From assembly GCF_900187275.1 (NCBI RefSeq), contig NZ_LT906458.1, forward strand, positions 1,320,001-1,352,000: a stretch of 32,000 nt of DNA, written 5' to 3'. The stretch comes from Pasteurella multocida (GTDB lineage Bacteria > Pseudomonadota > Gammaproteobacteria > Enterobacterales > Pasteurellaceae). Positions 10,892 to 20,052 of the stretch are shown piece by piece; the first letter of the stretch is position 1, and each line of letters opens with the position of its first letter. A model generated the notes under the pieces. It was not told where the DNA came from and did not search any database. It saw only the letters and a program-made list of their open reading frames with translations. Both the position numbers and the translations under genes were made by a program.

Positions 10892-10921
10892 AAAAAATGG
10901 TGCGATAAAGCACCATTTTTC
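10892..10921. terminator. Bidirectional rho-independent terminator shared by dsbB (+) and the mltF/small-ORF unit (-)
   Basis: AAAAA-ATGGTGC-GATAAA-GCACCAT-TTTTT. The A and T runs on either side allow termination in both orientations. Confidence 0.7.
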
Positions 10922-10940
10922 ATTTCTCGTTCGGTATAGA

Positions 10941-11087
10941 TTAAATTTCTTGCACGACAAACTGCAGGGAATGTCTTGCTAATAATCTTGCTTTACGCTG
11001 CTTTAAGCGTTTTAAACGTAATGCGCGTCCTTGTGATAAACGATATAATTTTTTTGTCGGCTTCAAAAAGCTTTTACGTCTCGCCAT
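10941..11087 (-). CDS. Unlisted 48-codon ORF encoding a very basic small protein (candidate)
   Basis: Below the ORF-track size cut-off. The ATG at 11087..11085 is preceded by GAGGAAGAGT and follows the mltF stop codon (11100..11098) by 10 nt. It translates MARRKSFLKPTKKLYRLSQGRALRLKRLKQRKARLLARHSLQFVVQEI, with 16 Arg/Lys and 1 acidic residue. The TAA stop is at 10943..10941, about 20 nt before the shared terminator. Confidence 0.4.
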   Translation of the reverse strand: MARRKSFLKPTKKLYRLSQGRALRLKRLKQRKARLLARHSLQFVVQEI

Positions 11088-11097
11088 ACTCTTCCTC

Positions 11098-12576
11098 TTA
11101 TTGTGTCGTTACGGTTGTCGCTAACGTATCCGTTTCTTTCTTGATTTCGTTGATGTTTTCTATTTCGGCGGCTTGTGTATCTAATGTTTCTTCAATTTGT
11201 GCTTGCTGTACCCGATAATAATGCACAATGCTGTTCATATAACGACGGATATTTTCCACATAGTGATATGCTTCATAGCCTCGCGCATACCCGTATTTTA
11301 ACCCCGTGTAATAGCGTTTTTCTGCTAATAGTGGCAAATTCTTCTTCACATCTAACCAATTATCGGGATCACCACCTAGGCTCTTGGTTAAACGGCGCGC
11401 ATCTAACAAATGCCCTAATCCCATATTATACGCCGCTAAGGCAAACCAAATACGCTCATCTTCTTTAATCGTATCAGGCATTTGCGTAATAAGCCAATGT
11501 AAATATTCTGAACCGGCTTTAATACTTTGTTCCGGATCCGTTCTGTCTTGAATTCGCATCCGCTCTGCTGTGGCTTTCGTTAACATCATCATACCTCGTA
11601 CCCCGGTCGGTGAGGTTGCATCAGGATTCCAATGGGACTCTTGATAAGCAATTGCCGCCAATAAACGCCAATCAAGATCGCCTTTATATTTTTCAAAGAG
11701 CGGGGCAAATTTCGGTAAAACCGTTTCTATTGCACGTAGATAGCTACGGGTATCAACATAGTCAAATTGCGCTAAATGATTAAAATATTTTTCTTCAATA
11801 CGCGCAATCAAGCCTGTTTCAATAGCGCTATTCATAAAATCTAATAATGAGGCTTGCAATTCACTATACGAATTACTTGGTAAATACCAATGCACCGTCG
11901 ATTCATCCGTCACATCAAACGCGACCGCTACATTTGGCTTAATTTGTTGCACCGCAGACACATCAATAGAATTCGCGATCACATAGTCAATTTTGCCATC
12001 TGCCATTTGAATCAGCAGTTCTTCCGGAGTAAGTTTTTCATTTACACGCCAGATTAAGTCAGGGTATTTTTCTTTTTCTATTTTTAATAATTCCGTGAGC
12101 TCTGATCCAGAGGCAATACTTAAAGTGCCTTTCAATTCCCCTAGACTACGTGGACGTTCTGTTCCCTTACGGTACACTAACTGCCACGAAGCCGAATTAT
12201 AAGTGGGACCTACTTGGAACATATCTAATTTATTCGGTTGATACAACAAATTCGCCGCCGCAATATCAATTTTATTATTTTTCAGCGCGCTAAAAAGTTC
12301 ATCACCATTTGACATCGCGAGAATTTCGAGATCCACATTAAGATAGTCAGCAAACGCCTTACTCAACTCATACTCAAGTCCCGCCGCTTGTCCTGCATGA
12401 TCAATAAAATAAGAAATCGGATTATTAATTGTTCCCACCACCAACTTACCGCGACTTTGAATCGCAGTATAGCGGTTCTCTTCAGAACGCATGATTTGTT
12501 GCCAAGGAAACACCATATCTATTGCCCATAGCAATAAGGCTACAATCGCAATAATACGTAGAAATAAACCTTTCAA
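11098..12576 (-). CDS. mltF: Membrane-bound lytic murein transglycosylase F
   Basis: 492 aa. It has an N-terminal ABC-substrate-binding-like domain plus a C-terminal SLT domain ([40 protein letters not shown]), colinear with E. coli MltF. The start codon is TTG (CAA on + at 12574-12576), preceded by AGAGG. Confidence 0.9.
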   Translation of the reverse strand: MKGLFLRIIAIVALLLWAIDMVFPWQQIMRSEENRYTAIQSRGKLVVGTINNPISYFIDHAGQAAGLEYELSKAFADYLNVDLEILAMSNGDELFSALKNNKIDIAAANLLYQPNKLDMFQVGPTYNSASWQLVYRKGTERPRSLGELKGTLSIASGSELTELLKIEKEKYPDLIWRVNEKLTPEELLIQMADGKIDYVIANSIDVSAVQQIKPNVAVAFDVTDESTVHWYLPSNSYSELQASLLDFMNSAIETGLIARIEEKYFNHLAQFDYVDTRSYLRAIETVLPKFAPLFEKYKGDLDWRLLAAIAYQESHWNPDATSPTGVRGMMMLTKATAERMRIQDRTDPEQSIKAGSEYLHWLITQMPDTIKEDERIWFALAAYNMGLGHLLDARRLTKSLGGDPDNWLDVKKNLPLLAEKRYYTGLKYGYARGYEAYHYVENIRRYMNSIVHYYRVQQAQIEETLDTQAAEIENINEIKKETDTLATTVTTQ

Positions 12577-12704
12577 ATGACCTCTATTGACTCGATAACT
12601 GAAAATTGACGCATTTTAACCATTAAATCCAGATTAGACAAATCAAAAAAGCGTTTCTTTTTTAAACAATTCAAATATCACGATGTCGCAATTCAGAGCT
12701 TAAC

Positions 12705-12733
12705 TTGCCTATTACTCGCCTCATCAATATAAT
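12705..12733 (+). promoter_or_regulatory. Putative sigma-70 promoter of the MarC-family gene
   Basis: TTGCCT (12705-12710), 17-nt spacer, TATAAT (12728-12733), about 37 nt upstream of the ATG at 12770. Confidence 0.4.
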
Positions 12734-12769
12734 ATGTGCCTATTTTTACTCTCTCGTTAGGAGGATAAG

Positions 12770-13396
12770 ATGGATTTTGCGATCTATCTTCAATTCTTTA
12801 TTGGACTCATCGCTTTAGTTAACCCAATAGGGGTTGTGCCAATTTTCTACTCCATGACATCAACCTTGTCAAAAGAGCAACAAAATAGAACTAGCTTCAT
12901 CACCTGTATTTCTATTAGTGTGATCTTATTGGTCAGTTTTTTCTTTGGTAGCTTTATTTTAAATGCGTTTCATATCTCAATTGATTCTTTCCGAATTGCT
13001 GGTGGGATCGTAGTGATTTTAATTGCGTTAACCATGATTAACGGAAAAATCGGTGAGCATAAGATGAATAAAGAGGAAAAAAGTGAAAACTTCGATGACT
13101 ACAATAATATTGCGGTCGTCCCCCTTGCCACGCCAATTATGGCAGGCCCCGGGTCGATTAGTGCGACCATTGTTTTTAGCTCGACACAAAATAGCCTTAT
13201 TAACTATTTCTATTCCTCAATTACGATCATCCTGTTTGGTGTAGGCTGTTATATTTTATTACGTTACTCAAAACCCGTGATTAAACGCTTGGGTAAAACG
13301 GGTTCTAATGTGATCACTCGTATTATGGGATTACTCTTAATGTCGCTTGGTATTGAGATCATTATTGGTGGCTTAAGAAACTTAGGCATTGTTTAA
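12770..13396 (+). CDS. MarC-family (UPF0056) integral membrane protein
   Basis: 208 aa with six hydrophobic segments. The family-typical N-terminus is FFIGLIALVNPIGVVPIF. SD AGGAGG lies upstream. Confidence 0.78.
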   Translation: MDFAIYLQFFIGLIALVNPIGVVPIFYSMTSTLSKEQQNRTSFITCISISVILLVSFFFGSFILNAFHISIDSFRIAGGIVVILIALTMINGKIGEHKMNKEEKSENFDDYNNIAVVPLATPIMAGPGSISATIVFSSTQNSLINYFYSSITIILFGVGCYILLRYSKPVIKRLGKTGSNVITRIMGLLLMSLGIEIIIGGLRNLGIV

Positions 13397-13734
13397 AAGA
13401 CATCACTCCCTTTAACTCCCCCATATACGGTGAAGTTCAGTTCAGTGCCCTGCCTTTGACTTCACCGTTGTCTAGAAAATGATTTATGATATTTCAACCC
13501 TTTTGCTTTAAAAATGAACTTTCACTTAACTTAACACAATAAATTTAGACAAAAATCAATAAAAACAGAAAAATAATAAATTTAATCTAATAACAACTTA
13601 TTTTTTTAAATAGACAAAAAAAAACGTTTGCATCCGCCTTCACTTCTGTTGAATACTCTTTCCTGTGCCTAAGTGGCAAATTATTATAATAAATCGCAAA
13701 CCAATTAAAACATCATATCTAGAAGGAAATCATT

Positions 13735-15084
13735 ATGTCTCAAGTTGCAACATTAGATGCATTTTTAGAAAGAGTCGCACAACGCGACGGTACGCAACCT
13801 GAATTTTTACAGGCAGTACGTGAAGTATTTACCTCTATCTGGCCTTTTTTAGAAGCTAACCCAAAATATCGTTCACAAGCCCTACTCGAACGCTTAGTTG
13901 AACCTGAACGTGTTATTCAGTTCCGCGTAGCATGGACAGATGATCAAGGTCAAACCCAAGTTAACCGTGCATTCCGCGTGCAATACAACAGTGCAATCGG
14001 TCCTTTCAAAGGAGGAATGCGCTTCCATCCTTCTGTTAATCTTTCCATTTTAAAATTCTTAGGTTTTGAACAAATCTTCAAAAACGCGTTAACCACATTA
14101 CCAATGGGGGGCGGCAAAGGCGGTTCCGATTTCGATCCTAAAGGAAAATCTGACGGTGAAGTCATGCGTTTCTGCCAAGCTTTAATGGCAGAATTATACC
14201 GTCATGTTGGCGCCGATACCGATGTGCCTGCGGGTGATATTGGTGTAGGAGGACGTGAAGTCGGCTATCTAGCAGGTTATATGAAAAAATTATCTAACCA
14301 AGCCGCTTGCGTGTTTACCGGTCGTGGCTTGTCATTCGGTGGCAGTTTAATTCGCCCAGAAGCAACCGGTTATGGTCTAGTCTATTTCGCCCAAGCGATG
14401 CTCGCTGAAAAAGGGCAAAGCTTTGCCGGTAAAACGGTGTCTGTTTCAGGTTCGGGTAACGTGGCGCAATATGCCATTGAAAAAGCGCTGCAATTGGGGG
14501 CAAAAGTCGTAACTTGTTCTGACTCATCTGGTTATGTTTATGATGAAGCCGGTTTCACAACAGAAAAATTAGCTGCATTAATGGAATTGAAAAACGAAAA
14601 ACGCGGTCGAGTGGAAGAATACGCGAAACAATTCGGTTTAAAATACGTAGCAGGCAAAACACCTTGGGAAGTCAAAGTTGATATTGCGCTACCTTGTGCG
14701 ACACAAAACGAATTAGACTTAGCGTCTGCTAATACCTTAATTGCCAATGGCGTACAATTAGTGGCTGAAGGGGCTAACATGCCAACTACTATTGAAGCAA
14801 CAGATGCCTTTTTAGACGCAGGCGTGCTCTTTGGTCCGGGTAAAGCGGCGAATGCTGGCGGTGTAGCAACCTCAGGACTAGAAATGACGCAAAGTTCACA
14901 ACGTTTATACTGGTCTGCGGAAGAAGTCGATAAAAAACTCCACAGTATCATGTTAGATATTCACGCGAACTGTAAAAAATACGGCACGATTGAAGGTCAA
15001 GCCAACATTAATTATGTCGTTGGTGCAAACGTTGCGGGATTCGTCAAAGTTGCCGATGCGATGTTAGCGCAAGGTGTTTACTAA
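13735..15084 (+). CDS. gdhA: NADP-specific glutamate dehydrogenase
   Basis: 449 aa, colinear with E. coli GdhA. Shared stretches include LERLVEPERVIQFRV, KGGMRFHPSVNLSILKFLGFEQIFKNALTTLPMGGGKGGSDFDPKGKS and the C-terminal FVKVADAMLAQGV. Confidence 0.95.
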   Translation: MSQVATLDAFLERVAQRDGTQPEFLQAVREVFTSIWPFLEANPKYRSQALLERLVEPERVIQFRVAWTDDQGQTQVNRAFRVQYNSAIGPFKGGMRFHPSVNLSILKFLGFEQIFKNALTTLPMGGGKGGSDFDPKGKSDGEVMRFCQALMAELYRHVGADTDVPAGDIGVGGREVGYLAGYMKKLSNQAACVFTGRGLSFGGSLIRPEATGYGLVYFAQAMLAEKGQSFAGKTVSVSGSGNVAQYAIEKALQLGAKVVTCSDSSGYVYDEAGFTTEKLAALMELKNEKRGRVEEYAKQFGLKYVAGKTPWEVKVDIALPCATQNELDLASANTLIANGVQLVAEGANMPTTIEATDAFLDAGVLFGPGKAANAGGVATSGLEMTQSSQRLYWSAEEVDKKLHSIMLDIHANCKKYGTIEGQANINYVVGANVAGFVKVADAMLAQGVY

Positions 15085-15104
15085 ACTAAAATAAAAAAAC
15101 ATAG

Positions 15105-15158
15105 CAAAAAAACACCGCACTTTGTTCGTCAAGAAAGGCGCCAAGTGCGGTGTTTTTT
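15105..15158. terminator. Bidirectional terminator built from an inverted pair of uptake signal sequences (gdhA / hutZ-like)
   Basis: The 12-bp stem AACACCGCACTT (15111-15122) pairs with AAGTGCGGTGTT (15143-15154) across a 20-nt loop. An A run lies upstream and a T run downstream. The T run overlaps the hutZ-like stop codon at 15157-15159. Confidence 0.8.
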
Positions 15159-15717
15159 ATTGATGTGAGGATGCCTGTCCGTGTCCGTGTCCGTGTCCGT
15201 GTCCGTGTCCGTGTCCGTGTCCGCCACGCAAATGAAGGATTTTTCCATCTTTATCAACATGAAACGCTTGACCAAATCCTTTCACATATAAACTTTGCTT
15301 CGGAGATAAACTGAAAAGTTTAAAATCAGATAAGCAGGCTAAACCATCAATTCGCTCACCATAACGTTGACGTAATGCCGCTAAAAGTTGTTTACCTTCT
15401 TCACTCTCCTTTTCAATCAAGCGCGCCTCTGCATTCGTGGTCAAACGCTTACGCGCAAATAATTCTCTCGCCGTTTTCTCATCTTCAATCAGCATTAAAG
15501 ATACTTTAGGGACTTGCTGCAAATTTCGAGCATGTTTTGCCATTTCTGAAATCAAAACGACATAGCGATCATTATGATAAGCAAAAGGCGCATAGCTGGC
15601 ATTAGGCTCACCCCTTTCATTTACCGTAGCAAGTTGGATCGTTTGGCAAGCATTCCTGAAATCAACAATTTCAGTACTAATTTTGGCTTGTAAAATCTGT
15701 TGACGTTCTTCCGACAT
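15157..15717 (-). CDS. hutZ: HutZ/HugZ-family heme-degrading protein (split-barrel, PNPOx-like fold) with a C-terminal (His-Gly)7 tail
   Basis: 186 aa. LQLATVNERGEPNASYAPFAY, ISEMAKHARNLQQVPKVSLMLIEDE, ELFARKRLT and LYVKGFGQAF parallel Vibrio cholerae HutZ as I recall it. Strong SD GAGGAGGA. A Fur box lies in the leader. Confidence 0.8.
   Translation of the reverse strand: MSEERQQILQAKISTEIVDFRNACQTIQLATVNERGEPNASYAPFAYHNDRYVVLISEMAKHARNLQQVPKVSLMLIEDEKTARELFARKRLTTNAEARLIEKESEEGKQLLAALRQRYGERIDGLACLSDFKLFSLSPKQSLYVKGFGQAFHVDKDGKILHLRGGHGHGHGHGHGHGHGQASSHQ
15177..15224 (-). repeat. Tandem hexanucleotide repeat: (GTCCGT)x7 plus one GTCCGC unit on the + strand
   Basis: Seven perfect GTCCGT units run from 15177 to 15218, followed by GTCCGC (15219-15224). 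On the coding strand this reads GGA CAC repeated, giving GHGHGHGHGHGHGHG. Confidence 0.95.
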
Positions 15718-15737
15718 AGTTCCTCCTCAATCAATAA

Positions 15738-15756
15738 AGTTAATGATAATAATTTT
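15738..15756. promoter_or_regulatory. Fur box in the hutZ-like / ABC divergent region
   Basis: GTTAATGATAATAATTTTT matches GATAATGATAATCATTATC at 15/19. It lies just downstream of a minus-strand promoter candidate: TTGACA (15794..15789), 16-nt spacer, CATAAT (15772..15767). Confidence 0.65.
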
Positions 15757-15895
15757 TATTTGCATAATTATGTAAAAAATGACAAGATTGTCAATGTAAA
15801 TTATTTGTTACATAAAAGTGAGTGTCATTAAAAAAATACACAACAACGACTTTGTTATTTTTCTCTTATTTGGTTTAAAGGAAACTTGTTAAACA

Positions 15896-17590
15896 ATGAT
15901 GGGTAGCCAATTACAAGGATTTTTCACACAATTATTTCACTTAGCACGCATTTTTTGGGGTGATAAAAAGAACTGGTCATCTTGGATTATTTTAGCGACT
16001 GTCATTGCAATTGGTGTCTTTATTGTTTCCTTAAATGTCATGATCAATGATTGGAGCAAACATTTTTATGACACCTTAGCAGAATTAAACGTCCAGCTTA
16101 TTTTGCCTCTTATTCAAGAATATTTAATTTATGTCGCACTTTATATTTTAGTCAGCGTTTATCGGAGCTGGTTACGTAAGCTGTTGATTATTCGCTGGCG
16201 CCAAGCCATGACAGAACACTTTGTCGAACGTTGGTTTAGTAAAAAAATTTTTTATAAATTGGCACAAGAAAATAAAATGGATAATCCCGATCAACGTATC
16301 GCAGAAGATATTCACTTATTTGCCAAATACAGTCTAGAGCTCACCGTATCCTTTGTCCTCAATTTCGTCCAATTAGGTTCTTTTTTAATGATCCTGTGGA
16401 ATCTTTCCGGTTCCCCAACATTCAACTTGTTTGGATATGATATTGTTATCAAAGGTTACTTAGTATGGGTTGCCATTATTTATGCGTTTTTAGGGAGTGT
16501 TGTTACCCATTTAATTGGTCGTAAGCTTCATCCACTCAATTATAGTCAACAAGTTTACGAAGCCACTTTCCGTGGAAATTTAGTACGTCGTCATGAACAT
16601 GCCGAGCAAATTGCGTTATATGGTGGAGAGCAAACAGAAAAACGTAAATTGGCTGATGAGTTTGCGCATATTGTCAAAAATTGGCGAGCGATTATGGATA
16701 AAGAACGTAATCTTGGTTTCTTTACAGTAGGCTACTCTCGCTTTAGCTCAATGTTACCTGTCCTTTGTGCAATTCCCTTACTGTTGCTTAAAATTATTAC
16801 TTTTGGTGGCTTAATGCAGATCCGCAGTGCTTTTGGTACTGTATTAAGTTCATTAAGTTGGTTTATTTATGCTTATACCATTTTACCCGAGTGGTCTGCC
16901 ACCATTTCACGTTTAGCGCAATTTAACCGAGAAATTGAACAATTCGAAAAATCCTACTGCACACCACAGTCACCAAAAAAAGCGATGATCTCAGTTGAAA
17001 ACCTTTCAATGTTTACTTCTGATCATCAGCTACTCTTAAAAAATATCCAGTTTTCTGTACAAGAAAAAGAATGGCTACATTTAAAAGGACAAAGTGGTTT
17101 AGGAAAATCCAGTTTATTACGCACGTTATGTGGTATTTGGCAATATTATTCGGGAAAATATCAAATATGCCTGAAAAATCATTTATTTATTCCACAAAAA
17201 ACTTATTTAAATGAAGGTAATCTCGCCGAATTATTACGTTATCCAAATCAACATCACTATTCACCACAAGAACTTAATCAAGTGCTTAACCTTGTGGGCT
17301 TAGAGAAATGGCAGAATCGCTTAGAGGAAGTATTACCTTGGCATATTGTTTTATCACATGGTGAGCAACAACGCTTAGCCTTTGCACGTATTCTTCTCAC
17401 TAAACCCCAACTCTTATGCTTAGATGAGGCGACTTCAAATTTAGATGAAACCTCTGCCCTCTTATTAATGCAATTAATTCGTGAGCAATTACCAAATACC
17501 ACTGTGATTTTTACTTCACATCAAACCAAAATAAGTCAATTGGCTGATCGAGAAGTGGATTTAAATAGTTATTTACCAGAACAGAACTAA
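15896..17590 (+). CDS. Fused permease/ATPase ABC half-transporter, YddA-like (ABC_membrane_2, SbmA/BacA/ABCD-type TMD)
   Basis: 564 aa. The TMD region carries IRWRQAMTEHFVERWF and the family hallmark NPDQRIAEDI. The NBD has Walker A GQSGLGKSS, signature LSHGEQQRLAFARIL and Walker B LLCLDEATSNLD. Length and motif order match E. coli YddA as I recall it. Confidence 0.8.
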   Translation: MMGSQLQGFFTQLFHLARIFWGDKKNWSSWIILATVIAIGVFIVSLNVMINDWSKHFYDTLAELNVQLILPLIQEYLIYVALYILVSVYRSWLRKLLIIRWRQAMTEHFVERWFSKKIFYKLAQENKMDNPDQRIAEDIHLFAKYSLELTVSFVLNFVQLGSFLMILWNLSGSPTFNLFGYDIVIKGYLVWVAIIYAFLGSVVTHLIGRKLHPLNYSQQVYEATFRGNLVRRHEHAEQIALYGGEQTEKRKLADEFAHIVKNWRAIMDKERNLGFFTVGYSRFSSMLPVLCAIPLLLLKIITFGGLMQIRSAFGTVLSSLSWFIYAYTILPEWSATISRLAQFNREIEQFEKSYCTPQSPKKAMISVENLSMFTSDHQLLLKNIQFSVQEKEWLHLKGQSGLGKSSLLRTLCGIWQYYSGKYQICLKNHLFIPQKTYLNEGNLAELLRYPNQHHYSPQELNQVLNLVGLEKWQNRLEEVLPWHIVLSHGEQQRLAFARILLTKPQLLCLDEATSNLDETSALLLMQLIREQLPNTTVIFTSHQTKISQLADREVDLNSYLPEQN

Positions 17591-17652
17591 ATTCCCTTTT
17601 AATGCTTTTTTATATGATTTCAACAAGTTAAAAATTGATTAAAAAAATACAC

Positions 17653-17693
17653 TTGACATCCCCTTTTTATTAAAGATAATGAGAATCGTTTTT
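17653..17693 (+). promoter_or_regulatory. Sigma-70 promoter with overlapping Fur box for the TonB-dependent receptor
   Basis: TTGACA (17653-17658), 16-nt spacer, GATAAT (17675-17680). GATAATGAGAATCGTTTTT (17675-17693) matches the Fur consensus at 15/19 and covers the -10. Confidence 0.65.
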
Positions 17694-17730
17694 ATTTAGA
17701 TTTAACATTAATTTAACAAAAGGAAATGTC

Positions 17731-19914
17731 ATGTCATTCAAACATAAAACACTGGCGCTTTTTGTCGCACATGCTTGCTGCACTTCTGCCTTAGCAGAAA
17801 ACGCGGCTACCACGTTAGAACCCATCGTGGTTTCCGAGCTCAGTCATACCACGCTGAACCTTGATCAAAATAAGCTTGAAAAAGAAAGTCCAAAAGATTT
17901 AAAAGCTATTTTTACCACAACGCCAAATATTAATGTTATCCATACGGGACATGCACAATTAGGCGATATTGAAATTCGCGGTATGGGAAGCAGCCGAGAA
18001 ATCTTTGCTACTGGTGCAAACCGCGTCACAATGGAATTAGACGGTATGGACATTAGCCCGAGTTTTTATTTTGGACACAGCTCACGCCATGGTCGGCAAT
18101 ATTTTGATCCCAGTGATCTAAAACGTGTTGAGATTCATAAAGGTCCAAACAGTCAAGGCGTGGCAGGGCATGTTCGTTTCCAAACGAAAGATCCTCGTGA
18201 TTATCTCTTGCCTAACCAACGTACAGGTGCACAACTTCGTGCTGGCTATTTAGGCGACAGTGATGCTTATTATGTTGGGATAACTGGTGCCACTTTATTG
18301 GATGAACACAGTAGTGCTTTAGTGAGCTATACACGACGCTGGTTTAATGAATTTAATAATAAGGGAGGCTTGGATGTCACAGGTAGTCAACGTACTAAAA
18401 GCAATCCTTCCAGTGGTTATAGTAATGCAGTGAACAGTAAATTACGCTATTCACCAAATGATCGCCATAAATTTACGCTGAATTTGCAACATTATGATTT
18501 AAAACGCACCGCTTATTTAGAAGATAGCTTAGGAACAACGACAACACGACGTGGCACAAAAACAGTTCATCATAATACCAACATTCAGAAAAATCAGCGT
18601 CATGCTATTGCTTTCAGTCATGACATGCAACAAACCACGGCATTTTTTGATCACCTACACTGGCAAATTGCGTTACAACAAACAAAAAGCACGAGCCGTA
18701 ATACAGGGGCAGTCACGAGTACATCAGCACCTCCTCCCCCAAGTACGCCAAAATTTAGCCAAGAGCGTTCATTTGATGGCTTTAAAACCAAAACCATCAG
18801 CTTAAAAACGGAATTCAATAAAAGCCTTGGGCAACATGTCGTACATGAGCTTCACTATGGACTAAAATTGCAATATAGCCAAATGCAAGCTTTACGCCAA
18901 ACACAATCCCTTAACGAACAGGGGAGTAACACTCGAACCAGCGCCTTTTTCCCGACACAGCAACAATGGCAAAGTAAATTCCATCTTTCCGATCGGATCA
19001 GTTTTGGTAAATCTGGTTTAAGCTTGACACCATCCATACATCTCACACAGATTAGAATCAAACCGAAAACAGAAAATGTATCGAAGAAAAACCGTGAACA
19101 ATTATTTACTTACAAGGATACCGCCATTGGTTACGGTCTGCGTGTTGATTATGCACTCAATGAAGCGAATTTACTGAGTCTGAACTATCAGCACGCCACC
19201 CGCTTACCCGGCTATGGGGAAAACAATGCGCAAAGCTATGGACACTGGCCAGCAAAACCGAACCCTCATCTACAGCCAGAAACCTCAGATGGTGTTGAAT
19301 TAAGTTGGCGTAGTGCGGGGGCGATTGGTCAACAAACCACGACCTTGTTCTATAACCGTTACAATGACTTAATTTATCTCGATACCACGGCATGTTATGC
19401 TGACCGAACAGGTCAAGTGCCTTGTGATTTAGCAAATGAAAAAGGACGTAGTTATAGCTATGGAATAGAATTCGACGGTAAACTCAATCTTGATACGATC
19501 GGCTTCGCTCAAGGAACATATTTAAATGCTGGCTTCGCTTACAGCAAAGGGAAGACCGCGAACAAGCAACCACAAGGACGTCTTGATCCCCTAACAGGCT
19601 TTGTCGGTCTTGGCTACCAACAGCCAATGGATGTTTGGGGCATTGAAGGTAAACTGAAATTTGCCGCGAAGAAAAAAACTAAAGACTTACCCGCCAATCA
19701 AGGTTTTGAAGGCTTACCGGGCTATGCTGTAGTTGATCTTACCGCCTATTATAATGTGACGAAACAGCTTTATCTTGGCATCGGCATCTATAATGTGCTA
19801 GATAAAAAATATGCTCGCTGGGCAATGGCAAGAGGCGATATTAAACATGGTAACTATGACAAGCACACTGAAGCAGGTCGTCATTTTGGTGCCAATATTC
19901 GTTACCACTTTTAA
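17731..19914 (+). CDS. TonB-dependent outer-membrane receptor, heme/hemoglobin-receptor-like
   Basis: 727 aa. Signal peptide ...CCTSALA/EN and TonB-box-like TLEPIVVSE (17813-17838). Plug motifs are IEIRGMG, RVTMELDGMD and RVEIHKGPNS; the C-terminus is ...NIRYHF. The segment ATRLPGY...GHW...NPHLQPE (19195-19281) looks like a diverged FRAP / His / NPNL heme-receptor signature. Confidence 0.85.
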   Translation: MSFKHKTLALFVAHACCTSALAENAATTLEPIVVSELSHTTLNLDQNKLEKESPKDLKAIFTTTPNINVIHTGHAQLGDIEIRGMGSSREIFATGANRVTMELDGMDISPSFYFGHSSRHGRQYFDPSDLKRVEIHKGPNSQGVAGHVRFQTKDPRDYLLPNQRTGAQLRAGYLGDSDAYYVGITGATLLDEHSSALVSYTRRWFNEFNNKGGLDVTGSQRTKSNPSSGYSNAVNSKLRYSPNDRHKFTLNLQHYDLKRTAYLEDSLGTTTTRRGTKTVHHNTNIQKNQRHAIAFSHDMQQTTAFFDHLHWQIALQQTKSTSRNTGAVTSTSAPPPPSTPKFSQERSFDGFKTKTISLKTEFNKSLGQHVVHELHYGLKLQYSQMQALRQTQSLNEQGSNTRTSAFFPTQQQWQSKFHLSDRISFGKSGLSLTPSIHLTQIRIKPKTENVSKKNREQLFTYKDTAIGYGLRVDYALNEANLLSLNYQHATRLPGYGENNAQSYGHWPAKPNPHLQPETSDGVELSWRSAGAIGQQTTTLFYNRYNDLIYLDTTACYADRTGQVPCDLANEKGRSYSYGIEFDGKLNLDTIGFAQGTYLNAGFAYSKGKTANKQPQGRLDPLTGFVGLGYQQPMDVWGIEGKLKFAAKKKTKDLPANQGFEGLPGYAVVDLTAYYNVTKQLYLGIGIYNVLDKKYARWAMARGDIKHGNYDKHTEAGRHFGANIRYHF

Positions 19915-19942
19915 CCTGCCCTCATCTAAAATCTTGTAATAA

Positions 19943-19984
19943 TGACCGCACTTTGACGACAAACGAAAAGTGCGGTCTTTTTTT
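19943..19984 (+). terminator. Rho-independent terminator made of an inverted USS pair, after the receptor gene
   Basis: GACCGCACTTT pairs with AAAGTGCGGTC (cores at 19945-19953 and 19968-19976), followed by T7 (19978-19984). Confidence 0.8.
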
Positions 19985-20052
19985 GTCATTTTTCGCACAC
20001 AAAATGACGGGGTATACCTGCTTTATGCTTTCCATGGAGACAAGATCACTTT

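Noticed and set aside
14538-14951. 137-aa ORF antisense to gdhA. Similar long antisense or off-frame ORFs occur at 24489-24917 (in sdaA), 8963-9283 (in nhaB), 10976-11218, 31646-31864 and elsewhere in the track.
   Set aside because: Each lies entirely inside or opposite a strongly supported conserved gene. They have low-complexity or odd composition, no SD and no recognisable family, so they look like typical shadow ORFs.
15177-15224. The hexanucleotide repeat as a classical ON/OFF phase-variation switch
   Set aside because: The unit length is 6 nt, so gain or loss of units keeps the reading frame. Only tail length would vary, not expression state.
19943-20052. The MBL-fold hydrolase gene as a definite operon member with the TonB-dependent receptor
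   Set aside because: A 10-11 bp GC-rich stem with a T7 tract separates them, and no Fur box precedes the hydrolase gene. The linkage is kept only as a hypothesis.
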